This document shows positions 50,791 to 63,239 of a stretch of DNA of 64,000 nucleotides, in pieces (position 1 is the stretch's first letter; the number at the start of each line of letters is the position of its first letter). The notes under the pieces were generated by a model. It did not search any database. It was not told the origin of the DNA and saw only the letters and a program-made list of their open reading frames with translations. A program made the position numbers and the translations under genes. The DNA is from Camelus ferus (lineage: Eukaryota): contig NC_045696.1 in NCBI RefSeq assembly GCF_009834535.1, positions 99,140,001 to 99,204,000 of the forward strand, read 5' to 3'.

Positions 50791-52074
50791 TTAATTGACT
50801 TAGAAATGACAGGTGGTAACTATAGTATCATGTCCATGTACTAAAACAAGCTCTAAACCACTTCTTTTCCATATATAAGGACATTCATGAGGCATTTTAC
50901 TAGAAAAATATCGCTAGTAAGAAAATGGTAGTGAGAAAAAGTGCCTAGTATTTCTAGCCTGAAGGAGATGCCAAATTTCATAGAAACTTTGCTACACAGC
51001 GATCTTTCAGATCAGGCTTGCATTCTGCAAAGGCGTAGAGGTCAGATAACGAGCAGATTAACTTCTCTATGCACTCCCATTTTGAAGACTTATCTGAATG
51101 TTCTAAGGTTTCTTCTTCACATCTCCCCTTGCTTTATCCTTTACACCCCCATCACTGAGAATGTTAATAGTCTTTAAAGAAATCAATATCCTGCCATGAG
51201 GCTTTCACAAGGAGCGCAGCACAGGTCTGGCAGGTGAGTCATTATGGCGCTGGTTATGGGAACAGCTGCAAACCTTTTCCAGGGACATCAGCTGGCATGC
51301 AAAAGGGCAGAATGTGGCCTTAAGATGAAACTGAATGCAAAGTCAAAATTAATTTAACTTATATTTTATTTACGATTCAATGAATTAATAATCAAGGATA
51401 TTTGCATGGGCAAGTTTTTTTAAGCAGAGATTATCCTTTGATTGAATTAGTATTTCTCCTTCACACAATTTTCAAAATACTAGCATAATAGAGCATATGG
51501 GAATGAAGTCCAAAACTCAATGTGTGAAAATTCTTTATACCTGAGGCAGTATTTACAATCCAAATTAGTGAATAGGTGGCAAGCGATGCCACACCACCTT
51601 ATACAGGCTGATTAGGCTAAAGCCCACTTGTGACAAATTTTGTTTTGATGACTTTCTTGTGCTAAAATTGTATTAAAAATGTGGGATGTATTGGTCTAGA
51701 ACTGTTTGATCTAAATCAATATCCTTAAGCATTATTTCTCTAATTTATGTCCAAGAAGCCTTTTCAAGTAAGAATCTACTTAGGTTCAAGAGTGACAAAG
51801 AAAGTGAGAATAAACACTACTTTTGGGATCAAGAAACTGAGGCATATACCCAAGTGGTTCTGTATTTCCCAAAGGACGTAACTATTACTACTAATGGATT
51901 TAAAGTCCCCTTGAGCTAGCCGAAACCTTGAATTCCTTTTTGACGTGTATACAACCAGATCTTCCCTTCGCAATTATTTCCACACGTGTTCATATGCAGA
52001 AATCAGTGACTGTGTCTGAAGCTGTTACATTTCTATCATGCTGATGACATTATTGGGCAACTTGTTTTCATCTG

Positions 52075-52305
52075 TCTGTGGTTAAAACAGACAGCCTAGG
52101 GTCAAACCCCAACTCTATGCCTTTACCACTTGTGTGACCTTAGACAAATTACTTAACCTCCTTCCTGCCTCCATTGTCTCATCTGGAAGGTGGGGGATAA
52201 TAACATTTCCTCCCTCATAGGGTTTTGTGAGGTTTAAATGCAAATCCTTGAGGACAGTGCTTGATACATGACATAAACTCCATATGTCGGCTTATCAGTA
52301 TTATC
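52075..52305 (+). mobile_element. MIR SINE
   Basis: agacagcctagggtcaaacccc...ttaccacttgtgtgaccttagacaaattacttaacctc...ctcatctggaaggtggggataataaca..cctccctcatagggttttgtgaggtttaaatg. Confidence 0.88.
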
Positions 52306-52389
52306 AGATGCTATTATCTCCCTTAAGTTTTGAACAGTGTTCCAAATTCTGGAATCCCTGGGGATCTCCTCCGTCTTGTAACACTAACT

Positions 52390-53565
52390 ACCATTCATGC
52401 ACTCAGCTCTGAAATGCATGTCTCCGGGTTGGGCCTGACCACTAAACTCCAGAATCACATTTAACACATCCCTAAGAGGATGTCTAGCACACACCTCAGG
52501 ACCACTGTGTAAAACCCATACCCCCGACTCTGCCCCCAACCCAGCCACTCCTCCTACTCCCCACCCCCCATCCCCTCATCAGACTAGAGCCCTTGGAGTC
52601 TTCTCGGGCCCCTTTCTGTCTCTCTCATCCCATGTCCTAGCTATTAGGGAATTCTGGTTGCCCTGCCTTCCAAATACATACATTCAGCATCCACTTTCTT
52701 ACCACACCCTCCGCCCCAACCGCTGGGCCCAGCTGCCGTCATGCTCTTCTGGATTATGACAATAGCCTCCAAACCGATTTTCCTGCTTCCACCCTTGCCC
52801 TTTCCATCTGTTCTGCACACGGCAGGAGCAACATCCTATTAAAACGTAGAGCAGGAAAAGTATAGCTCAGTGGTAGAGCACGTGCTTAGCACGCATGAGG
52901 TCCTGGGTTCAATCCCCCAGTACCTCTATTAAAAAAAAAAAACAACAAAAAAACCTAATTTCCTCCCCCCAAAATAAGTAAATAAAAAAACGTAAAACAG
53001 ACCATGTCACCCTTCTGCTTGAAGCCCTGTAATGCCTCCCCCTCATTCAGAGGCAAACCCCAAGTCCTTACAACAGCTAAGAGCCCTCCCCCAAAATCAC
53101 CCCACGTCTGACCTCATTTCCTACTCTCCTTTCCTTGCTCACTCTCCTCCAGTTACTCGGCCACCTTGCTAGTCCATGAACCATCAGGCAGGTTGTCAGT
53201 GCTGGGTTTTTGCATTTATTAGAACCCTAACCAGATGCTCCTCCCCCAAATATCCACATGCTTCCCTCCCTCACATCCTTCAGGTATTTGTTCAAATGGG
53301 ACCTTCTTGCTGAGGTCTCCCTGACCATACTATTGAAAATTCCCATGTCCTCTCTCTAACCCTACACTTTCTACCTCCTTCCCTGCTTATCACAATCTTT
53401 CCCAATACTCTACTTTCTAAAATTTTGTTTCTTGCCTGTCTCCCCTTACTATAATAAGTTCCATCAAGGCAGATATTTTTGTCTGTGTTGTGCAATGCTT
53501 TATCTCCAATGCCTAGGACAGTGCCTGGCACATGACAGCTACTCATAAGTCAGTAATAATGAATA
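52390..53565 (+). mobile_element. L2 (L2a-like) 3' portion, about 1 kb
   Basis: ccttccaaatacata...ccactttcttaccac...ctggattatgacaatagcctcc...ataagttccatcaaggcaga...tatctccaatgcctaggacagtgcctggcaca. Confidence 0.85.
52855..52986 (+). mobile_element. Camelid tRNA-derived SINE (vic-1 type) inserted in L2
   Basis: gtatagctcagtggtagagcacgtgcttagcacgcatgaggtcctgggttcaatccccc; TSD aaaacgta(g/a)a(g/a)cag at 52841-52854 and 52987-53000. Confidence 0.92.
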
Positions 53566-54159
53566 TCAGTAAATATGTGGTTTATAGATGAGTAAAGATA
53601 CTATAACTTCTTTACCTATCCTCTTGATGAGTGGCATTTAAATTGTCCCCTGTAATGTGGACATCTGTGGGTGCCTTCTTAGAGCAGGTATCAAAAAGTG
53701 GGGCCAAGGAGTCAAATACAAATTCATCTTAATAGATACTGCCCACTTGACCTCCAAAAAGTCTGTAATAACTTATATTTCCAAAGTATATAAAGGCACT
53801 CCTTCAAAATCCACTTCTCACATATGTGTCTTTTAATCTATAGTTTACTTTGTTTGGTGAAACTCAATGCACCCTTCAAAACCCAACACAACTGCTGTGG
53901 TCCAGAGGTGAACAATCCGCTCCAATTTTCCCCCAGTGGCTCAATTAGTCATTTCCTTTTCTATGCTTTTCTAGTACACATTTTATATACCTCTGCTTTA
54001 ATCCTTACCATTTCGTTTTGTAATTTGTTTATCTGGCGTTCGCATTATGGAATGAGCTCCCACAGTTTTGAATATCAGTGTATCCTTGGATGCTGGTGGA
54101 GTGTAGGCAGAGACAAGTCAATCAATCAATACAACAACATATTTCCTTGAATAATGTTG

Positions 54160-54290
54160 ATCCTTGGTCCTCTCCTCCAGAGATTCTGATTTAGTAGCTC
54201 CTAAGTAGGGCCCCAAAATCTGAATTCTTATTCAGCACCTCGGGAGGCTCTAACTTAAGCCATCCACAGAGCACATCTTGAGTAATTCAG
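54160..54290. mobile_element. MER5-like hAT fragment
   Basis: ccagagattctgatttagtag...tagggccccaaaatctgaatt...agcacctc. Confidence 0.6.
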
Positions 54291-54409
54291 TTATTAAGAA
54301 ATACCAGGAAAATTATTCTAGGATCAAGCATTGCAGAATTATACCATGATACATTACCCACCATTCTTACAGGTGGGTTGGTTAAAAATCAGTTTTTAAC
54401 CCTTTGTGG

Positions 54410-54545
54410 GCACATCATTGACATACAAAAAGCTGTATATTTTTAATGCACTAACTTGGTAAGTTTGAAAATTGATACACACCCAGTGAAGCCAACATCA
54501 CAATCAATGCCACAAACATGTCCATCACGTCCACAGTTCCTCCAG
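54410..54545 (-). mobile_element. L1MC-type 3' end remnant
   Basis: attgacatacaaaaagctgtatatttttaatg...cacccagtgaagcca.catcacaatcaatgcc.caaacatgtccatcac. Confidence 0.7.
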
Positions 54546-54839
54546 CTCTATTTGGCTATTGTTGTTTAAAATCTTGGTATTATGAGGTACCTTCCCCAAA
54601 GTTCATGGATATCAGCTGATTGACTCAGTCAACTGTACAGGAGAATAATAATTGGCTACACTTTACCCCAGTTAAACTAAGTCAAAGAACTCAATAAAGT
54701 TTCTTGTTTTGGTACTATGCTTCAATTTATTGAAATATGAGCCAGATGAGTTAATGTAGCTTTTGAACAGGAGGAAGCAGGGGTGAATGGGAGAGCATGT
54801 TGTCCAAAACCCACACACACCAGACACAGAATAACTAGA

Positions 54840-55000
54840 ACAGGTATTCTTATCAACCCTCACTTTACAGAGATGAAACCGCAGGTTCAGAGTGGTCAAG
54901 TAATTCACTCATTTACACACCTTACTAATAACTGGAAGAGTTCAGATTTTTAATCCAGGCCTTTCTAACTCCAGAATTAATGCTTTCTTCCAATACACCA
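54840..55000 (-). mobile_element. MIR remnant
   Basis: aggtattcttatcaaccctcactttacagagatgaaaccgcaggttcagagtggtcaagtaatt. Confidence 0.75.
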
Positions 55001-55409
55001 CATTTCTTCCATATAGTCCAAAGAAAATACAGTCGAGTTTGTGAAAAAAAAATGATTTGCATTTCTTGTGATGCAGAATTAGCTAATGCTACCACTTAAT
55101 AGTTGTGTGATCTACTGGTTCTTTCATTTATTTGGGCTTCAGCTTCAGATGAGGACAGTGGATGGAAATAAACAACAGTGCTTATCAAAGGAAGTCTGTG
55201 GGGTCAGGACCAGCTGGCAGGAGCTGTTAGGAGACACCAAAGATGGTGACTCTGTGCCACTCCACAGTGCCCCAGATGAAGACTGTCATGGACATTGTCT
55301 CTCCAGAATGACTGAACAGAGAAATACTTAGAATGAGAGCCACATCCGCTTTGGTATCAGCAAGCAGTGAGACAAAGTGCCAAAAATTGATGTCATAGTG
55401 CCTTGCCCC

Positions 55410-55585
55410 ACCACCTTACTAGCTATTTGAAATCTAACAAACTATTTAACCTCTCTCAGCCTCAGTAGCTCATTCACAAAACAGGATGATAATAGTGGCT
55501 CCCTTGTGGGGGGATTAATGAGCAAATGAATCTAAAGTGTGTAGTATATCACCTGCCACTCAACAAATCTAGGTTACTATTAACT
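55410..55585 (+). mobile_element. MIR remnant
   Basis: ccttactagctat...tatttaacctctctcagcctcagt...aaaacaggatgataatag. Confidence 0.7.
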
Positions 55586-57044
55586 GCTTTCATTATACCA
55601 CAGTGTAATCAAGTAGTTGATATAGACATCTAAAATTTCCATTTCCCTGGAATCAGAAACATAAACCATTCAAGCCACCGGAGTACGTATGTTCCATCTT
55701 GACGACTAGAAGAGCCTAGAAGTCTGACTTAAGGTTTCAGTTGTGTTTATTTGATATTTGCATAAATATTATCTAAATAAAATTCTCCAGGAACTAGTAA
55801 CTTTGTATTTTGTGTGATAATAAAGATTTGTGATCTTCTTATCCAGATCTGAAAACTTTATCACCTGTTCCAGCTACAGTGAGCAATAGTGTATGTAATA
55901 TTCTATTTATCTATTTAGCAGGATCACTTGTTTAATAATATAATTATGCTCTTAACTTTTTTTCTCCATGTGATAATAGCTCTAAGAGTATTTTTTACAT
56001 CAATGCATTAGGATACTAAAAGAAATCATGGCGTACAATAAATTGATATTTATTTTCATACAAAAATGCTTTACAAAATGTTTATGGTAGAACAAAAGTT
56101 CTACCATGAAACACAAAGATACATGTGCACACTGATGTATTTTTAATAAAAATATGACAAGAAGAATCACGGTGCCATATTTTAAACATGTCTAAGCAAC
56201 TTGATATGTGACATTATATTCTGCATATTGCATAGGAATTGTTGAATGCCCATATTACATACTATGTAAAGTATGTGTTTAATCTGAATACAAAACTAAA
56301 ATCTAGTTTATATTTTAAAATCAAATTCAATTATGTAATACTTCTCTTTCTGGCAAAATCTATTATTAACCAGAAAACATGACTGTGTAATTGAATTAAA
56401 ACATTACTGATCTGGTTAATTTTAATGTATATTGCTACCTACATTACTTTGTGGAGTAAGTTATTATTTAACCAAGGTTTGAGAAAGTATGTAAATATAT
56501 TTATTTCCACACAAAAGGTTTGAAAGAAGAGACATTATATTTACACCTCATTAAGAAGTAATGACTATGGCGTCTGTGACCTTTTGGAAGGCTGAAGTGT
56601 TATGAGATCCATTTTTCTGAAAGATAATAAACGATTTTTAATTAAGTCAAGAAAATAATATTCCATAATATGAAGTTACCAATCTTGTTGGGATATCAAT
56701 AATGTGAATCAATTGTCTGAGGCCTATACACCACAGAAGCTCACCCCAAAAGTGCCTGAGCGTCAACTCCAGAAGTAAGCTTGTTTAGTATAAAGCACAT
56801 GTAAGAGTGATCAAATAACCCACCTTTAGAGTTTCCAGTTAGTTTAATTTCTTAAGTTTCTTATGAAAAGTACTTGAAAAAGAGTAAACTTTTCATGTTA
56901 TTAGCTACTGTTAATTACAGATTATTTTTATCCATCTCAAAATACTTCAGAAAATGGATGTAAGCTATTCAAGATCTAGTTCATTTATTTTATCTAACTT
57001 TATTTTTCATGCCATCAGTGTCCTTCCACTTAAATGTCTACTTA

Positions 57045-57128
57045 TAAAATGTTATAATACAGTAGGTTCATATTAGAACGTTGGGTTAAAATGTTATAAT
57101 ACAGTAGGTTCATATTAGAACGTTGGGT
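57045..57128 (+). repeat. Perfect 42-bp tandem duplication
   Basis: taaaatgttataatacagtaggttcatattagaacgttgggt at 57045-57086 and 57087-57128. Confidence 0.97.
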
Positions 57129-58189
57129 TGCTTTGCCAGCAGCCAGTTGCTCAATTGTCACTTTAGAGGACAAATAGGGTATCCAATTCAACTTTTTAGG
57201 TTTATTTTCTTTTAAGACCCAAACTTACATTTCGGTGACTTTTATTCACACTCACTACTGCTGAATTGCAAAATGTTGTCTTTGTCCTTAAGACCATGAC
57301 AGAGAACTTTATCTGCATTCAAATTGCCTACTGGTTTGTGGTATTTCAATAATAAAACAGCAGGATTGAAGGCTCATGATGAGAAATCTGACTAATTACC
57401 TGTTAGATGATAGATGGTTGTAACTCGGCAGTGCCAGTCACTGAAAACAAAACACTTCGCGATATCAATCAGCTTCCTGACAAATCCAATTTCCCTCACA
57501 TTCAGTGGACAATAAATGGGAATTTTACCTCTACAGCTACGTAGCACAGAGCTTTAACTTTAAAATATGCATAATGATATTTTAATAAAGTGAGATTTTT
57601 TAAAGTACATTAGTATTTAAATACCTGACATATTCATATTTCAATCTCACAGCTTTTAAATAGATAGATGGTGGAAGTAATTAACACTATAAATCTGTAC
57701 TGTATTCCACTGAGAAGGGCAAGGTGTACCTAATAGTAGGTTTCCTATTTTCTTTCTGCATTTACATTTAACTCAAATTATTCACAACAACTCTAATGGC
57801 TGTGTTTATTCTCTTCATTTTTTTTTAATTTTGTGGTAAATGAGTTGGATGTACGTTCTACGTGAGATTCAAAAAGCAGAATGTCCAATTAACATTGCCA
57901 CATACCAGCATGTGGGCAGAGTTAAAGCAAAGGAGGACTGAAGCATGGAAATTGAATGTAGGCCTAGAGAAACACCTCTTTTTCCTTATAGGGAATGAGT
58001 GCATAGTCAACATTTGGAACTTATGCTTTACTCTAATAAGTTATAACCTTCAATATCTATTGTGATTAAAAATAAGAAAAGTAAAGTTGGCAGAAGTCTG
58101 GAGAAAAAAAGTGAGGTTGCTTTTTATTTATTGAAGAACAATGAATTTGTAGGCAAAGTTTGAAAAGTTTGATAGTAAACAGTCAAAAA

Positions 58190-58720
58190 CCAAGCACGTC
58201 CTAACGTTGTTACTGGGAGAGTAAGCTGATACAACTTCACTGAAGGATGATTTAGCAGTAACTATTAAAATGTGAGTGTCAGACATAACAATCTACTCTA
58301 GGACTGTCTCCAATAATTTCCTCAAGTATCTCTATGAATGCTCACTCTAGTGTTATCCCTAATAACAAAAAAGAATTTTTTAACTGGAAATAACTCCAGT
58401 TCCCTCCATAGGGAATTGGTTCAATAAAGTATGGACATCCATACAACAGAACGCTACGCTGCCAAACGTGGTCTTCAGAAAGAATGAGGTAGCTCTGTAG
58501 GTGCCGTTTTGAAACAATATTCAAGACATATTTTAAGTGGAAATAAGCCAGATACATCTGAGCATTTTACAGGATACAAATTCAAGTGTATAAATGCAAA
58601 TATGTGTTTGATTATAAACAGACATATTTTATGGAGGGCTACATAAGAAAACGCTAAGTGTGCCTTTGGGACAGGAGTCTAGAGACAAGATAGAAGGATT
58701 TTCCATATTTGCTTGAAATT
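58190..58720 (+). mobile_element. Degraded L1ME-type 3' region
   Basis: tgttactgggagagtaagctgatacaac...tttagcagtaactattaaaat...ggttcaataaagtatggacatccatacaac. Confidence 0.6.
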
Positions 58721-59307
58721 TTATCATCTCTTTTTCAAAACTAAACAAACAAATGAAAAAAATAAACAATAAAGGAAGAAAAGAAGGAAGGGAAGAAGGA
58801 GAAAGGAAGGGAGGGAGGAAATACACACAGATGGGTCTGTTTGACTCCAAAGTCCAACCCTCTCTAGCTGTCCCACAGTCAAAAACTTCGGAAGGGGGGA
58901 TTAAATTTTTCAAAGCAGCCTAAATCCTGCTTTTTCCTAACATAACTATGAGAACAGAAACAAAAGGCATGGCCAGGGTCAGTACTAATGAGCTGAACTT
59001 GAACATGACCATCCCCTGAGGCTGACTGCTTGGCTGTGACCTAGTCTGTGACTCAGAATTGTGATTGAGTGTTTGAGGACTGCAGTGTCTAATTCAAGCC
59101 GCCTGAGAGCATGAAAGGTCATTCTGGCAGTGAAGCCCTGCAAGCTTACACTTTATCTGCCCAGCCAGGCAAAGAATAAGGTATATAAAGACTAGAAAAT
59201 TCAGGAAAGTTCAAAAAGTAGAAAACTCCCTCCAACTCATCCCACACTACGGTGCAATGGAGAGAGATAGCTCTTCTTTCCAGGGCAATGAGACACACGT
59301 TGGTACA

Positions 59308-59310
<3 letters not shown>

Positions 59311-59348
<38 letters not shown>
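59311..59348 (+). repeat. (AC)19 microsatellite
   Basis: Read directly from the sequence. Confidence 0.97.
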
Positions 59349-59350
<2 letters not shown>

Positions 59351-59909
59351 CACGTTGTCCTTTCATGCACGCTTCTCAGGATAGGAATTAGATACCTGCA
59401 AAAGTCAGAGAAACTCTAGAAATGACCAAATGCACTGTCAGAGCTAACTTTATCAATAGAAGGGATAAGTCTTCAAACAACACATGATTAAGGAACATGT
59501 ATATATTTGAAGATCTCTACCACTAAAAGCATTAGCACATTAAATACGAAATCAGGAGTCTAAAGTGTAAAAACCTTTTGTCCCAAAGTGGTGAAACACT
59601 GAAGTAGAGGTGTGATTTGTAACAACAGGTCACCCTGGAATGATGAGGTGCGGGAAGTTGAGATGGGATCTGAAAGGAAAGAGGAGATTTAGAGCAAAAT
59701 CTTTGCTTGTTTCCGAATTTTACCCAGGGCCAGTCCTGGCCATAAAATTTGTAGGTACAGTAAGAGTGCGGATCCTTGTATCAATAACCAGAGAAAGAAT
59801 AATGTTTTTACCTTCTAGCGCCTTTTTTCAATTAAATATATATATTCAAAATATAAAGATTAACTATGAAAACCAAAAAGCATTGCAAAATTACATTAAA
59901 TGAGAAAAA

Positions 59910-60548
59910 AATTATGTGCCATATGAGGATATAGAGCAACTGGTACTCTCTTCCATTTCTGGTGGGAAATTAAAATGGTGTATTTTGTAATTTATACAAT
60001 ATAAAACCTATATTTATCATATCAACCAGCAATTCCACTCTTAAGTATTTACTCAAAGGAAATGAAAGCATATATCCAATAAAGACTTGTACCTGAAGAT
60101 TCATAGCAGCTTTCTTCATAATATCCCCAAACTGGAAACATCCCAAATGCCCATCAAGTATATGTAGAAATAAATTATTGTATATTCATACAATTGAATA
60201 CTGCAGAGCAATAAAAAAGGAATGAATTACTGATAAAAGCAATATTATGCTGAGCAAAGGAAGCCGTATATAAAAGAATACATACCATATGTCTGCAATA
60301 ATATGAAACTCCAGAAAAGGCAAAGCTAGTTTCCAGGGACACAAAGTATATTAGGGTTCGCCTGGACCCAGGATTATAGGGGATTGATTGGGATGGATTA
60401 ATGAAATATCTTTCATATCTTGACTGTAGAGGTTGTTTACATGGCACATAAATTTGTCAAAACTTTTTGAAATTTTTCTGAAATATACTCCAAAAACTGG
60501 GTACATTTTATTGCATATGAACTATACCTTAGTAAAGTTAATTTTAAA
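59910..60548 (+). mobile_element. Old LINE-1 (L1MC/L1MD-type) 3' end
   Basis: gaggatatagagcaactggtactctc...ccagcaattccactcttaagtatttactcaaaggaaatgaaagcata...aactggaaaca.cccaaatg...aactatacctt. Confidence 0.85.
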
Positions 60549-61432
60549 AATAATATATCTACACCAATAATTATAGCTGGGTAGAAATTATTTGCCCTTA
60601 TATCTAAACAGCTATAAGGAAGGAGGTAACTGGGTTAATGAAAGAAGTTTGATTTATTCAATAGTGAAACTGTGGCTAAAACTTTTCTATCCTTTGTTTA
60701 GAACTCCCTTAATGTTGCTAATGCTTTAAATATTTATAATGCATAAGACCATAGCACTTACGTATGTATTTATTTATGTTATGGTCAGCAACTTCATGTA
60801 ATAAAACATGATTTTTCCTATCAAGATTTTAAGTCAACAAATATTTGGAAAGTCTACCATATTCAAACTTTGTTGATACACTGATACATATATAAAAGGT
60901 TGAAATTCTGGTCTCAAAGAACTTTCAATCTAGTATGAAAGATATATACTCATTAAGAAGACATTTAATCAAAAATAAAAGAATACATTTAATCATTTGG
61001 TTGTGTTTGAAATGGGCAAAGTCTAGTCCTCATTATTAATCTGTGCATAGTATATGCATATGGAAAATGTTGAAGTTGGATCTGTGTGAAGACTGAATAA
61101 TGGGAAAGAATGCAGATGGGGATTACTAACATACAAAGAAAAGAAAAAACAATGTACTACTCAAAGAGAAAATCTTAATAATAAGTTATTGAAAAAAGTC
61201 ATAGAAAAGAAAAATATAAATACAAGACAGAAGGAAATCAAAAGGAAGTAAAAATGTAATACTTTTTATTCAAGGTTCCCAAATACATAAAATACAAACT
61301 AACAAACTAGCTTATTTGAGGAATCAATTATTTGTATTATCAAATTATATATACATGTGTTATATAATGTGCATTCATAGGTATTAATCTGAAAGATCTA
61401 AACTATGAAGAAAATTATAAAAAGCATCTTGA

Positions 61433-61587
61433 GAGGGGAGGGTATAGCTCAGTGGTAGACTATATGCCTAGCATGCACAAGGTCCTGGGTTCAATCCCCA
61501 GTACCTCCATTAAAAATAAATAAATAAGAAAAAATCTAATTACCTCCCCCCCAAGAAAATTTTAAAAATAAATTTTAAAATATTTTT
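61433..61587 (+). mobile_element. Camelid tRNA-derived SINE (vic-1 type)
   Basis: ggggagggtatagctcagtggtaga...gcatgcacaaggtcctgggttcaatccccagtacctccattaaaa...taattacctccccc; TSD aa(a/g)g(c/t)atcttga at 61421-61432 and 61588-61599. Confidence 0.93.
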
Positions 61588-62409
61588 AAGGTATCTTGAA
61601 TCCTTAATATATTTATCAAACTTTAACAGTCATGCCTTCTCTCTCTCTCTCTGATCATTTGCAACTCATGAAGGTTTTCAAAGGACATAGTCAACCAGAA
61701 TACACATTTCCCATCAAAAATATCAAGTGAATCTTGAAATTAGGCCCCAGGATTGGTCCACAGTAGACAACAGAGATCTTCTGAGAACTGGAATCTGGCA
61801 ACACTCTTCCAACTTTGTAACAAGGCACTGAGATAAATTCACCAAAAATCATTCAAGGGGCAAACCAATGGGCAAATCAACATTTGAAAACACGAATGCA
61901 GTTGAAGGACTAGAAAAGACAAAGTTCAAAATTATCTTTTATTTTTAATAATAAATATAATGCTAATTTGTTTTTAGACACAAATATTAGATATCTCCCT
62001 TAGCAGCAACACCTATTCAATGACTCTTGAAAAGTTCTTGAGAAACATTAACGAAGTGTCTCAGTACTAGGACTCAGGAACATGAGGACAGACTCATGGT
62101 AGACAGCGGGGAAAGAGACTACAAAGTCAAGGTATTGGGAAAAAGAAGAACAACTGGAAACATAATGGGTTAAAATGTAAATAGTGGAAGGTTGGTACTT
62201 AAATAATGTTGCTTCAAAGGCATAAGAGATTATGGATAAAATAATGTGGAATCGAGGTTTCCTTCAAAATAATGCAGGAGTGGGGAGTGGCCGAGGGTAT
62301 AGAAGAAACATGTATACATGTCTCTTCATTTTTTTAAAATACATAAAAAGGAAAAAAATTTAAAAATAAGTGAAAAATGGTGAGTGGGGATAAAAGAGAC
62401 TCTTAATTA

Positions 62410-62538
62410 AGGTGTCTCTAAAATTTACTGTCCAAACTGGAACATGTTGGGAATGAAAGGGAGCAGTGTGAACAATTATAACTGCTGCAGGCCGGAGCCA
62501 GTGCTGTGAGGGCCTGGCTTGGATATACGGTCACTCTC
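62410..62538. mobile_element. MER81-like (hAT-Blackjack) element
   Basis: aaatttactgtccaaactggaaca...gaatgaaagggagc...aattat...atatacggtcactct. Confidence 0.65.
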
Positions 62539-62715
62539 TTTTAACCAGCAGGTTTCAAATATCAGGCTAATGGGATTTAAGATTTGTTACAAAAACAGGA
62601 AACAGAGAGAACAACTTGTAATTGAGAACTTTTAGATCATTAGCAACCAGTTGTTTTTAAGTCTCTGTAAAGAACCAGTCCCAAATCCTGGCCATAACCA
62701 CTGGTCCATCTGGAT

Positions 62716-63005
62716 CAGAAGTCACAAACTGGTGGCCTGGGGCTGGGTCCAGCCTGCAGATGTGTTTGCCTTGGCCTGCAATGTATTGGGTTACAGAGTG
62801 CTTTTCTTAAAACTTCGAGTTTGTTGCCAACATTTCCAAGCTGAAAGATGTCATGTTAAAATCCAGATTTCTAGCTGCTCTTGAAACACTTGAGGAGTGT
62901 TCAGACCAGGCAGACATTCTCACGTGTCAACAGCTGACTGGAGCAGAACATTCTCTCTAATCCATCCCAGTCCTCATCTCTCTTCAGCGATTTCCAATAC
63001 TGGGC
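62716..63005 (+). mobile_element. MER102-like (hAT-Charlie) element
   Basis: cagaagtcacaaactggtggcct...cagcctgcagatgtgtttg...gttgccaacattt...aaaatccagatttctagctgctcttgaaa. Confidence 0.75.
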
Positions 63006-63218
63006 GGTTTTGCTTGGTTCCTTCTTTAACTCCTACAGATTCTTGACTTTTCAACCTTCACACTAGATCACGCTCCCAACATCAGAACAACGAAAGCAAG
63101 GCTGGCTGCAGACACTGTCACTTAATAAGCAATTGACAACAGAAATCAACCATTGCAGACAATAAATCTGGAAATTTCTGAAGATTTGTAGGGAATATAG
63201 TGTGACTACTCTTTAGCC

Positions 63219-63239
63219 AAAAAAAAAAAAAAAAAAAAA
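63219..63239 (+). repeat. Poly(A) tract
   Basis: Read directly from the sequence. Confidence 0.95.
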
